From Vicugna vicugna (lineage: Eukaryota), in contig MU058244.1 in assembly GCA_013265495.1 (NCBI GenBank), positions 1-64,000 on the forward strand: a stretch of 64,000 nt of DNA, read 5' to 3'. Below the pieces are notes generated by a model. That model worked only from the letters and a program-made list of their open reading frames with translations. It was not told where the DNA came from and ran no database searches. Shown piece after piece: positions 24,232 to 37,190 of this stretch. Within the stretch, counting starts at the first letter, position 1. The number at the start of each line of letters is the position of its first letter. The position numbers and the translations under genes are program-made.

Positions 24232-25383
24232 CGCTTCCTCCTCCTTGCTCGCTCTTCCCGCGGGACTTCCAGGCTAGGGGCTGTCTTCCCCCAGACCCGG
24301 CTGCTGGACTCCAGGTGCCGGCCCCTTGGAGCAGCTCCCTAACCCTGTCCGCCCCCTGCCCCCATCCCTGCGTTCCCAGACTGGGCTCTGGTCGCTGGGA
24401 GGGTGTCTAAGAGATGCAGCCCCTCCCTGACCTGTGTTTTCATTGTCCCTCCCCTCCTCTGCCTGCCAGGGTGACTGGTCTAGGGTCCTGGGGAAACCTC
24501 GCCACTGGTAGATTTGTCTCCATCCTGCTCACGTCTCTGATGAACTGGTGGCCCCTTCAATGATGAGACTGTTTGAATTTCACCAAACGTTTCTGTTTTC
24601 TGATCATGCTGTGCTTAATAGTTCTCATCGGCGGGGCTGCCGTGTTCCGTTGTGCGGTTCGTACACTGTGCAAAGAGGCTGGGCAGAGGGGTGAGCGGCT
24701 GAAGTCCAGACAGCTTTGTACCTTTCAGACGGGGACTGGCCACCTGGAGGTGGTGCTTGCTGGGATGTGTGCTTGATGCAGGGGTGCTGTTTTCAAATCC
24801 GCATTTCTGATTCTAATTTCTAATTCACATGAAAGCCAACATGGGTCTGGTCACTGGCTTGTGTTACTCAGCGAGCATTTGATTGGGAAAAAGAAGTAAT
24901 TAGTTGGCAGTTCTCACGGGCACCAGCTCTAGGCTGCCCTCCTCTTGGCGCATGCTGTGTTCTGCTGTCAGCACCAGTGTCTCTCCAGATGTGTGGGGTG
25001 CAATGGGGGGACCGAGGGACACCCCAGTCTCACCACCGCACCTGACCACCCTCTTCAGCACTTGGAAGCCCAGGGCAGGGCTCTGATTGGTTGAGTGCTC
25101 ACCTGTGGACCAATCCCTGGCCCCAGCTGGATGAGGTGTGCTGTTGCTGGCCAGGGAGTTAGGAAGGATGGAGCCCCTGGAGGGAGGAGGGGTGGGGTCT
25201 GGACATTGATGGGGCGGCAGCCTGCCCAGACCCTCGCTCATCTGAGAGACTTCCAGGACCTGGAATGTTCCGAGGGTCTCATTTTAGGAGCTCGGAGTCA
25301 TTTGGGGAAAGTTGGGGGTGTGGGAACGGCTCGGGCAGGAAGAGATTCTGAACCTTCTCTGTGTTTCCCTCTCTCCCAAACAG

Positions 25384-25444
25384 GGCAGCACACTGAGGAA
25401 GCGCAGGATGTACGAGGAATTCCTCAGCAAGGTCTCCATCCTGG
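25384..25444 (+). CDS. PRKAR1B: PRKAR1B coding exon 8: GSTLRKRRMYEEFLSKVSIL(E)
   Basis: 61 bp with aaacag acceptor after a polypyrimidine tract and gtgcgt donor. Confidence 0.97.
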
Positions 25445-26739
25445 GTGCGTGCCCGCCCCGCCGCCCCCACCGGCCCCTTCCCTGTGCGGCTGGAGGGTCA
25501 GAGTTCTTGGTGCTGCACGCGTTTGGGGCACACACGCACACGCACGCGCAGGCTCACGCGTGCGCAGTGTGCTCCCACACGATACACGCGTGAACACGTG
25601 TGTGCGTGCTGTTTGTCTGCCCCCCGTCCGTCTGTCCGCTGTGCTTGGTGTGTCCGTGTGTCCGCCGTCAGAGCCCATCTCTCCACCTCAGGGGTCGGCT
25701 GGGCTCGTGCGTGGGCCCGCCTGTGCTGCGTCTTCCCAGACCTGTTTGGGTTCTTCTCCGTGTGGGTCCCCGGGTCCCCCCATCACATCCTGGAGGCTGC
25801 GTTTCCACTGACTTTCCGGAGCTCAACAAGGTTCTCTCCAACAGACGTTTTCAGTGTTTTGAAGTTGCTGTGACGTTCGCGGCGGCTTCGTGCTGCTTGG
25901 GACCAGCCTGGCCTCAGAGCTGCTGGAATGATGGAGAGGTTCTATGTCTGCGCCGAGCACGGGCGGATTTTCGTTTTATTTAATTTTAATCAGCTGGGCT
26001 GTGACCATGTGTGTGATTGTGTGAGTCTGGCAGCTGCGCACCACAGGAGGAGACCCGCTTCGGGAAGTGAGTGGCAATGACGCGCTGAGGCTCTGGGAAC
26101 TGCGAGAAATGACCGTCCAGCAGGAGCTCCCCGGCAGCGGCCCCCGGCCGGACTTCTGGGTGCAGCTGACGAGGGAGCCCATGCTCCTTTCCCAAGAACC
26201 TCTGAGGAGGGAGGAAGAGGAAACAGGTGCAGCTCGGGGGGGCGAGGGTATCCACGGCCGGGGGCTGACAACGCTCGCGGATGAAGGCGCGGGACTGGAC
26301 CCCTGCCCACATCGGGGAGCCTGGTGGGACCCTGGCTGCTGCCCGGCACAGAGCAGCCACTTCCCAGCTGAGCTCTCCCTGTCCACCTCTGCAGCCTGGG
26401 TGGTGGGACACGGGAGCGGCTCTCCGCTGGCCCCTCAAACTGCAGCTCAGAGGGGAGGGGCCCTCCCATCTACCTGAGCAGGTGGAGGGGCCCGCCAGGG
26501 CGGCCGGGCAGGCCAGCCAGGATGAAATCCCAGCAGAGAAAGTAAGAGCACGGCTCCTGAGACAGGAGCGCGGAGGCCGCAGAGCGGGTACGGAGGAAGT
26601 CAAACGGACGCTGGAGGAGCCAGGAAGGCAGATCAGGACCAAAACAAGGCTGCTGGCAACCTTGGGGGGTAAATCGGGGATCGCAGGGGTAGGACCGGCG
26701 CAGCAGACGCTCCAGACTCTGCATCTTTGCCTGTGAAGG

Positions 26740-26960
26740 AAACGCTGTAGAGACACGGCGTGGACGCTCATCCCAGCGGTTTCTGCAATAACAAGCCAGT
26801 GGGAACAGCCTGAAGTCTGTCGTCGCAGGAAGGGATGTTTGCGTGGCGCAGGTTTATACTCCGATAAAGCGCAGGACAAGGTCTCCAAACGGAAATCGGC
26901 ACAAACGGAAAGCGTCTCTGCACAGCGCTGGCAGCGCCGCGGTGTGTTTACGAAGCCACG
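26740..26960 (+). mobile_element. Degenerate L1ME-like 3' fragment
   Basis: gacgctcatcccagcggtttctgcaataacaagccagtgggaacagcctgaagt resembles the L1 motif atgttcatcgcagcattgtttgtaatagcaaaaaactggaaacaacctaaatgt. Confidence 0.5.
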
Positions 26961-28723
26961 TCACAGTGATCGCGGAGGCCACCCGCGGAGAGGAAGCCTG
27001 CCAGAGCCTTTAGGATAATAATAAAAAAAACTCCACCGAACCCTTTATAGTCGAAGCCTGTGGGGAGGGAGAGAAATGGGCCGACAGGAAGGGGCCTCGA
27101 CCTTAGCAGGAGTTCTGTCTCTAAAGAGTGGCTCTGAGCAGGCGTGACGGCGTGGTCCTGCAGTTTGTTCAGGACAGATGTCGGCTGTGGTGTTGATTCT
27201 ACTTTTCTGATTATCCTTTCCCCAAATTACAAAAACACTGGACATGCCTGTGTGGAGTCAGTGACGTGGAGGGGCACTGTGAGGGGCCTGGAAGGGAAGC
27301 AGGGCGCGGTCCTGGGCAGGACGGCTGCCCGGCACCTCCTGCCCGGGGAGGCAGTGGAGGCAGTGCAGGGGGCTCGCCTGACCCAACTTCCAAAAGAAAA
27401 AGCAGACCGTGGGCCTCCAGGCAGGAGAGCGGGTCTCCCTGGAGGAGGGTCACAGCCGTGAGGCAGGACCCAAAGGTCCGCGTCCTCCCTGGACTCCTCG
27501 GCCGGATGACCGGGAGCAACTTCGGGATGTGCCCTACGTTCCTTCTGCACGGTTCCCACCACTTCCCCGGCAGGCGGAGGACCCTCGGGAAGGACAGCGT
27601 TGGGAGCGGGCCCCCTGGCCGGCCGGCTGCTTTTCCTCGCAGGGCTGACTGCCCGCACCCGGAGCCAGGGATGGGCTCTGATCGCATAAAAATGCCCCAA
27701 AGGCCCCTGCTTGGTGTGGCTTAAGACCCCTGAGAAACTGGGGCCCATGCGCCGTCTGACAGTTCTCCCAATTCACATGGCTGGGGAGGAAGCTGTGACT
27801 CTTGGGCCTGGAATGTCCCAGGTTTCGAGTGTGGCAGGAAACCCCGCAGATCCCAGCAAGGACACAAACCTCCTGGCCCTGACGTCATAACAGCGGTTGC
27901 CGGCCCTTGCCCGGGGAGGGACCAGCCAGCAGCCACACGTGTGCAGCCTGACTCCTCCCTACGCAGACCGTCATCCCCTCTGAGGCCACCTGCCTCGCTG
28001 TCACGAGGGGGCCATGCCAGCCTCCTGGGGTCCGGCTCACAGGGCAGCTCCTGTCCCTGGCGGCCCCTCTTCAGGAAGCTGTGGACCAGCTGCTGGCAGG
28101 GGCTCCCCTCTCAGCAGCCGCCCCGGCCCTGGGGTGCAAAACATGTCTTTTCAATGCATGGCTCTGGCAGGAGTTTTCAAGCAGAGACGTCCCCTCCCAA
28201 CCTGGATCTAAAATAGTGCTTTGCTTTGTATTTTTAGCAGCTGACCCACATAAGGGCATCTGATGAGTATAGGACAGAAAAGTTTCTTTGGTCAAAAAGA
28301 AACAGCTAATCAGTTGGTTGTTAATTTCTTATAAAAGCAGGAGTGGACGCCCCGGGGAGGGGAAGCCTGAGAGAGGGTAGGGCGAGAACTCGCAGGCCTT
28401 AAACTAGCCGTTGGAAGTAAGCATTCTGACCTAAAGCAGTGGAAGGTGGTGGGTGGCTCAGGGTCACAACGTGAGAGCAGTGCCGTGCTCGCGGACCTGG
28501 GACAGGAGTCGCTCGGCCTCTGGGTTACTTCACCCCTTGGCAGACCTCGTGCTTCGTGGTCGTGACATACAGGCAGCTCTGCTCTTCTGAAGACAGCAGA
28601 AGCATCTTGTGCTGAGCTGACGCAGCGCAGCGCCTGGCGCCTGTAACTCACGTCGAGTCAGGGACGTGGGTGAGGTCCGCTCTGGGTTCTGCATCCCGGC
28701 TGAGGGCGCGGCACGCGCTGTGA

Positions 28724-29173
<450 letters not shown>

Positions 29174-29289
29174 TGAAGGATCTCCTCCTGGAAGTGGTGT
29201 CGGCCCGGCCCTCAGCCCACACACGTGCAGACGTCACAGACTGCTCCAGGGTGTGCAGGTGGAGGCGGGGCCGGATACGGGGTAGGGGG

Positions 29290-29450
29290 GCGTCCTGAGT
29301 TCTAACCCGGTGGGAGGCATGCTTAGCTCTTTGCAGCTTTGCAGGCGTCCTCACTGGGAGGGACGCGTGAATCTAGGGCACATGGGATCTCTCTGTGCTG
29401 TTTCTTACAACTGCATGCAAATCTGCGATGGTCTCGAATTAAACGTTTAC
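29290..29450 (+). mobile_element. L1MC/MD-type extreme 3' end
   Basis: catgggatctctctgtgctgtttcttacaactgcatgcaaatct...aattaaacgttta. Confidence 0.6.
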
Positions 29451-32400
29451 AGATCAGTGCCAGGTTCTTCCACCTGGACACGCATGAGTCACTGTTCCCG
29501 ACCTCCAGCCCCCACCGCGGCGGCGACAGCTGGCTCCAGGCCGTAATCCGTGACGGCCACGCTCAGCCTGTCACTGATGGGGGCGAGCAGCTGCATGGCC
29601 GGCGCGTCACCCCCGGGGCTGCGCCTGGGCCGTGGTCCCCAGAGGCAGAGCTGCGGCAGCCCCGGAATGAATGAGTGGCCGCCCTGCCGTGGGAACCCTC
29701 CCCATTACACAGACCCGAAAGTATGTGAGCTTGGCGCATTTCCCACTCCCCTGGTCCTCTCGGCGGGAAGAATTTATGCCGCGTGCTTGGTAGAGCACAT
29801 GCTTCAGCTGCGTGTTTGCCGTCGGAGGGAGGGCAGAGTCTGGTGCGGCTCAAGTGGCCACCGCGGCTGAAATGCCCATTCAGGCTGTGGCCACGGCAGC
29901 CAAGAGGGTCACTGTGCCATCCAGAGCGCAGGGCCAACCTTGGGGTTGATGTGGAGAAAGGAAGTGACAAAGGCCCAACCCTGGTGACGTTCAGCCAGCG
30001 TCACCGGACGTGGAGCCACTTTCCTGGTTTAAAACAACAGGAGCAAATCCCAGGCTGCTGATGTCAGTGAGATGGGGCTCTCACCCACCTCCGAGCCGTG
30101 GTCCAGGAACAGATGAAGCCCCTCCCTGTGACCGCGGATTCCACAGTGACGGGGAGCTCCCGCGGGAGCTCCTCCCCAAAGAGGGTACCTGGAGTTCTCC
30201 CCGCTCCGCGCCTGCCCTTCTCGTGGGAAAGGTCTGAAAGGCATTGGAGTTGGCTGGAGAACCAGCGCAGGAGGGGAGACCGAGGGCCGGAGGGGGTGTG
30301 CGAGGCCCCGGGAAGGTCTTGACAGGGGCGGGCACAGAGCTTCACAGTGCGCGTTTGGGAACCGGGAACTTGGTCACATCCCGGCATTGAGCCTGGGCGG
30401 GAGAATCCTGGAGGTGGTGGCTGAGTGAGGGGCGGGCTGTGCAGGCCGCGGCAGGGGTGGACCCTGCACCTGAGCCTCACGGGCGGGGGCTTCCTGCAGG
30501 AACCGCGCGGAGGGGTCCTCGGGCAGCATTCCTGTCCTTGGGTGGGTGACTCATCCAACAATAATGTTTCTTGAAAGAAAGCAAAAAAGCACAGACAGGA
30601 GAAATTGTGATTCTTGCCAGTGAGGCCTCCGCTCTGCAGACCTGAGAGGCTCAGCTCCCGGCCCGCCTGTGACCTTGAGAGGTCCCTGAACAAAGGCTCC
30701 CGCCTGGCCCCCCAGAAGAGAACGCTTGGAGTGACGGCCGGGGCTTGACTCAACTTTTCTGGGGCTTTCCTTGCAGGACTTTGAGAGAACGTGGTCCCTT
30801 GAGGTCTGTGTCTTAGCCTTAGATCCTCCTGCAAGTCTGCGGAGATAACCAGGACCTGGCCTGTGGTTTCTGGAAGACATTCCAGCAGGAGGTTACTCAC
30901 AGTCTCCAAACGCCGCCAAGGCTGCCGCTGGACAAGGGGGTGGGGTTTGCACTGGCCTGCACGGTGTAGGTTTTTTCTTTAATAGAAAACATTTGAATTA
31001 AGGATATTTCACATAGAAGTCGGGATCTTTCTCTGTACGTATCTGGGCCTGGCCTCAGCCGGCTGGTCCTGGGAGGTGGCTGCCCAGGGTACGATGTGCT
31101 TCCCAGTTTACCCCAGTCCTCACCCAGCCCCCTCGCCTCGCCCGCGGGCTCTGCAGACTCGTGCAAACCCTTGAGTTTACAGCCTCAGTTTTAATGGTCT
31201 TGAAGTTGAGAGAGTGGGTAGCTCTGACCAACACAGACAATTGTCTGTTATTCTCTGGGGCCAAGGCCACCTCCCAGCCGTGTCCAAGGCCACGGTAGGA
31301 AATTGGTAGAACTGTGAAGGTAGGTCAGCAGGAGTCCTCACAGAACTCAGGGATGACCAGTTATGTACAGTTGTGGTAACGGAGCTGGTGTCTTGGAACT
31401 TTGGGCAAGTCAGGTGCTGTGTGAGCCCCGCAGGGATCATGCGGCCTGCCCACACCTGTGAAGGGCCCCGCAGTGTCCTCTGGGGCCGACCTTCCCCCAA
31501 GGACACACGGAGAGCAAGTGGCCGATCTGAGAGGCGGCTGCACCTCTCACTCCCGCGTCCCGCTGGCGCCTGCACCCTTGCTCTGAGTGTTCTGGGCCTT
31601 CGCTGTGTGTAGGGGGGGGGGGTGTGTCCAAGCATCCTGCTCGTGTGTAGAGCAGTGTAAGTGGGGTGAGCGCTGCTTCCTGTGTTTCCTGCATGTGACG
31701 GGCAGGCTGGGCTCCGGGGCCAGGCATCACTCTAGCTCACGCATTAAACGCTGTTAGAGCCGTTTTCAGTCTCCGCCTTCCAGGGAGTACCTGGTGCCAC
31801 GGCTTTAAGGTCTTGTGTTGTGAGCAGAGAATCTCGAACTCCACACCCTACCGTGGAGCCCCCAGGAGGAGGTGCTGGGTGGGGCGGGGCGGCACCTCTC
31901 CAGGGGCCCCGACGCTTCCTGCACAGAGTTTTCCTGGGGGCCTACAGAGAGCGACTGGGAGACGGAGACCACCGCTGCTTCTGTGGAGGGAGTTCGGCTG
32001 TGTGGCCGAGGGCCCACCCGCCGTGGGGTGGGGGCAGATTTACAGGCCCCAGAGTGTAACCCAACCCTCTCGGAAGGTACGCTTTTCACAACACTGTAAA
32101 ATGTATTTGAAGTGGTCTCCTTGGCAACTTGGAGTTTTCCCCCTTTTCCTCTGTGATCAGCCAAACTCGTAAGTCACGGTGGGGCCCTGGGGCTCACGGC
32201 ATCACACACTCAGAGACTCCTGCGACCGACCTCTGTTTCCCGAGTGGCCAGGAGCCATCACCGGCCACATCTGAAACAGACACCCTGAGGCCATGGTGCA
32301 GGCGGGGCTGGGAGACCAGCGGGCACGTCAGATTGACCCTGGGAGTCAGCTGGGGGGCGTCAGCGCGGATGGTTAGGGGCCGGCGTGGGCTGTGGCTGTC

Positions 32401-34854
32401 CCACCGGTAGACACTCCGGGTGAGAAGTCTGGTACAAGGGCAGAACCCGCCCCACGCGTGGGGATGAAGTCCGCGGCGTCAGCCTCAACTCCTTGAGAGG
32501 ACCCGGTGGAAGAGTCTGGCACAGTAACGGGTCTGATCTGAGCAGGTTCCTTCAGACAGGCCCCGAGGCTGCCGAGGCAGGGCCCCCTGCGCTGCGTGTG
32601 CGGGCCCAGGTGCGAGGACGTGGGCGGGGTGCGGTGGGCTGGGTGCTCTGTGGTCTCTCTCTCACAGCACACACGCAGAGGCCACGCGGTCCTGGGGACC
32701 AGGCCCCTGGCTCCCCCGCGTGTGGACTGGCCAAGTCCTGCATCCCCAGGTGGGACCTGAAGTGAGTTGTTTCCCCAGTCGTGCAGGGGCCTCCTCGTCT
32801 TTGGGGGGTGGGAGTGTGGGCGCCCCCGTCACCCCTGCCACTCACCCCCACCCTGTGCTGGGCCTCTGTCCATCCTCTGCTGTCCTGGGTGGACGGGCGT
32901 GGGACAGAGCTCTGGGGCCACAGTGACAGGGCCCCGGGAGCTGTCCCCCCAGGTGCGGAGGGCCTGGTGGAGACCCCACCTGCACAGACATGAGAAATGG
33001 CTCCTGCAGACACTGAGGAGTCTGGAACACCTGCCAGCCTCTGGGGGCCTGACTGGGTGGGCAGAGCTGGGTTCGTGTGAGCCCCAGGGATCTGGGCCAG
33101 GCCTCGGGGTGCAGGGGTGGTCTCTCCTCGTCTGCGGGTGCTTGTGCTCACACAAGCTGTCTCAGAAGCTGTTAGGAGCTGCCAGCCCCTCGGACACCCA
33201 ACCCCCACCCAAAGCTCTCGGAACGTGCTCTCAGCCAACGCGAGCAGGCCTGCGGCTGTGAGCCTGGGGCCCAGCAGACACAAGGACAGAAAGGACCTGA
33301 GGTCTTCCAGGGCCCGAGCCGCTCATCCCTGGGGCCTCGGCCTGCAGCAGCCCGCGGGGACGGAGGTGGGCTGGCCGTTCCTGGGAGTCTTCTGGTTGCT
33401 GGAGGCCCAAAGCGCCCAGTAGCCCCAGGGGCTCCCGGTCACTGGCGGTGGGACCGCAGGGGTTCCTGGCTGCGCCTGGCAGGACAGACCCCGGTGGGCC
33501 TCCCCCAGGGAGAGAGGGCGTGTGGGGCTGGTGGGGGGGGACGGAGAGTCTCACTTCAGTCCCTGGACCTCCACTCCCTCCAGGAAGACCCTGGGAGGAG
33601 GGTGTTGGCGGGCCAGATCTGGGTCCCGGGTGCCCTCTGCTGCCGCCCTCCCCACGTCCGAGTCCATGACCCCGAGAACCCCCTTGGCCTGCGGGCAGCC
33701 GGACTGGAGCTGTTCCCTCCTGCGCGCTCCCACACGGGAGGCTTTGCCGTGGAAACCGGAGGTTGGCTCTGTCTCCTCTCTGCACGTTTTTGTGCATTTT
33801 ATGAATGTCCACGGCGTTGAGGCAGCTGCACAACAACTGATCTCTAAGTGGCCCTTTGGCCAGGGGCTTCCCGGCTCAGCCTGGGCTGGCTGCTCCCCCT
33901 CACGTCTCAGCGGGGGTTCAGAGTTCACCGTCGTCTCGGGGACTTTCAGAGAGACCACCTCTGGCCTGGTTGCACGGATCCCAGGGTCCTGGTCTTTTGG
34001 GGTCAGCCCACCCTACCATGTGCCAGGCCAAGGGCTAGTGGGCGGAGGGGTGCGGCCCCTGGGCGGTTTGCTGTGTGTTTGTTGAGGAGGGGTCGTCCGG
34101 CCCACTTGCCACAGACTCGCTCTGGGTCCCGGGTGGAAGAGGGGCCAGGCCGGAGCAGGAAGGCCAGGTGATGGTGGGTGGGCAGCTGTAGGTCGGGTAC
34201 TGACATATGAGTAGAAGTTCTCCAGGTGGAGAAGGTGGGAAAGGGCACCAGGAGAAACACAGGGGCACGAGGCCGGGCTCCCCAGATCTGGCGGGAGGGG
34301 GCAGTGCCAACTTAGGGGAGCCAGACCACACACACCCTGCACTCTGGGCAGGGGGTTTGGACGTCCACTCTGTGCTGTCCAGACGACCAGCACCATCCTG
34401 CCCTGAGTGTCACAGCTCCTGAGGAGCCTCCCATGGGCCTGGGGTGTTTGCTCCTGTCTTGAGACCCTCCCGCCCTCTTCTGGCGCTCCGCCCATCGGGC
34501 TGCGTCCTCCGCTGCTCAGCCGGGAGGGCCCTGCCGGGAGGGGCCCAAGGCCAGTCAGCCTGGTCTCCGTCTCCCCGCAGTGACGGTCGGGTGTCCATGC
34601 TGGTGCCAGTCCCTCCCTGTCGAGGGAGTCAGCAAAGGGCTCACTGGCCACCGTCAGTATCAAAGGACAGCAGTCTCAGGCCAGAAGGTGGCAGGAAGAT
34701 ACACTTTCCTTCTGAGCGGAAGCAGGGGGAGCACCTGCCCAGAAGCCGGGCTGGGCTGGGAGCCACGCTGCACCCCTGTGCACCCGTCTGGGCGACCCAG
34801 ACCTCTGTCCTGGCCGGGCCGCAGCGGTGGGATCTCAGTGGAGGCCTTTCCACT

Positions 34855-35465
34855 GGAGAACTTACTTTTTATGGGCAGTTTTAGGTTCGCAGCCCCCCCC
34901 CACTATCAGCACCCCCACCAGATGGGGCGTGTGTCACACTCGAACAACCTGCAGGACACGTCAGTCACCCGGAGTCCACAGTTCGCGTCAGGGTCCACTC
35001 GGCGCCCTCGTTCTGTGGGTTGGACAGTGTGTGACTGTGTCAGTAGTTGCTGTGTCGCACGGAGCAGCTTCCCTGCTGTGGAAGCCGTCTCTGCTCCACC
35101 CGCTCAGCCCTGCCTCTCCTGGCCTCTGGCCTTTCGCTGCCGCCACAGTCTTTCTTGCCTTTTCCAGAAAGCTGTGTAGTTGGAACCTTTTCTCACCGGC
35201 TTCTTTCACTCAATCGTATACGCATGTAAGCTTCCTCCGTGGCTTTTCGTGACCTGATGGCTTTTGCTTTTTCCCGCTGAGTCATGTTCTGTCTGAGCGG
35301 ACCGCTGTCACTTGTCCGTTGCCTCCTGCCGGACACCTCGGCTGCTCCCAGGCTTTGACAATTGTAAAGGAAGCTGCTGTAAGCGCCCGTGTGCAGGTTT
35401 TTGTGGGGATGTGAGCTTTCACCCTGACCTTTTGGGTAAATACCAGGGGGCACGATTGCTGGATC
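34855..35465 (-). mobile_element. L1MC/ME-type 3' fragment
   Basis: ttttatgggcagttttaggttcgcag and ctcggctgctcccaggctttgacaattgtaaaggaagctgctgtaagcgcccgtgtgcaggtttttgtg...gggtaaataccagg. Confidence 0.7.
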
Positions 35466-37009
35466 TCAGAGGGGTCCGAGTCCCCGCCTGGTGTCTGGAT
35501 GGCCCCCAGCTCCTGTCCGGCTCCACTCTGATCCCACCAGGGGCTCCCACACCCGAAATCTCCCAGGCCCTGTTCTGGGCAGCTCTGATGTCCACTGAGA
35601 CAGTCAGAGGAGTCCAAGGGGTCCCGGCTCTGACCGTCTCCTTCCGCGTCACCATACGGCCTCGTCCTCTGGGGGCCTGTCCTCTTCGAGCCCCTGTTGT
35701 AGGCCCCAGGCCCATGCCGGGCGGACCTCCACCCCAGCCCCCCTCAGCCACCCTTTGCAGGGCCGGGGGCAGCTCCCAGCCAAGCCCTGCAGGCGCTCCT
35801 GAGCTCGGAGGTACCCCATCCACACCCACCTGCAGGTGGACACCCTGAGTCCCCAACGCAGGACCTCCCACCTTGCCTCCTGGCTCGATCGCACTGGCCC
35901 GTGACTCGGGCCTTCTCTGCCGTCCTCCCCAACGGCATATGTGGCATGTGCGGGTTCCTGCCGGGCTGCTGCGGCCGGCGTCTAGGGCGGAGGCTGGGAG
36001 CTCAGGGCTTCCGCACTGAGATGCACGCCTTTCTAAAAAGTGAAGTTTTTAAAACTGTGCAAGTGAAACGTTATTTGCTGGAATAAGACCAGGGACGCGG
36101 AGACATCTTCAGAAAGGCATGGTTCCGCCCCCCCCCCCACGGTTTGTGTGGATTCTGACGAGTGCCTTTTCCTCGAGGGCTTCCTCCTCATTTCCTGAGT
36201 GCGAGAATCAGGACAAGGAGCTGAGGATGGGCCCCCCAGAAAGCACACGAGCCCCATCCTCCTCACACCCCTCGGCCCCCCGGAGGCCTGCGCTTCCCAT
36301 TCTCAGCCGTTCCCGGATCTTGTTTCCCCCGGTGTCTTCACACACGGCGCGAGGCGTTCCCAGACGAGACAGATGTGGAACGCATTTGCTGGATTCCGAG
36401 GTCCTGCCTGGTCCCGAATGAGATTCCTGGCACCCTGGGAGGGAGAAGCAGCGTGCGGAGGCCGTTGGCCGTGAGGAATGGGAAAGTCCGAACAGACGTG
36501 CCGTCTTGACGAGGCAGCATGCGGGGTGCCAGGCCCCCGCCCACCGAGGGTGGCTCCGTCCCCGCGTGCGCCCCTCCTCGCTCTGGGCCGGCCACTGGGC
36601 GGGCCTCGGGCTCTTGGGCCCGGCCCTCTGGAAGTGCCAGGGCTCATGGTGTCCCCGTGAGGGAGTGGTCCCCAGCACCCACATGTGGCCGCATGTGTCC
36701 GTCTGGGTCACTGCCGGTGTCCGTCCGCCGCTGTGGCCCCCTGGCCCCAGTGGCCCCCCGGTGTCAGCTGTCAGGGGCCTGGGGGTAAGGCACCCAGTGT
36801 GGCCATCTTCCCAGGGAGCCGTCAGCCTTGTGACGAGCCCAGGCCCTGCAGGGAGGCGCACTGGGGTGACGGGGCGCTCTCCCTGGACAGCAGGGTGCTT
36901 GGAAGCCCACAGCGTGACCCCTGAGGGGCGCCTGCCGCTGAGCTGGTGCAGGGACGGGAGCAGGCCAGGCAGGACTCCGGTGGCCAGGGCCTTTGTGGAA
37001 CAATCTGTC

Positions 37010-37190
37010 CTTTAAATTGCGGCAAGATGCATGTAGCATACGATCTACCGTTTCAACCATTCTAAGTGCGCAGTTCAGGGGCAGTGAGCGCGTTCACCTT
37101 CTTGTGCAGCCCTCACCACCATCCGTCTGCAGAGCCTTCTGTTGTCCCACCTGAGACTGGCCCTCCCCTGTCCCTGCTGGCACACAGACC
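37010..37190 (-). mobile_element. L1MB-type 3' end fragment
   Basis: ctttaaattgcggcaagatgcatgtagcata...ttctaagtgcgcagttcaggggcagtgagcgcgttcacc. Confidence 0.7.

Noticed and set aside
26020-26736. Purine-rich stretch with protein-like ORFs (…LWELREMTVQQE…, …DEIPAEKVRARLLRQE…)
   Set aside because: No family recognised and no convincing splice signals. It adjoins an L1 remnant, so it may be decayed repeat sequence; a tblastx or Dfam search would be needed.
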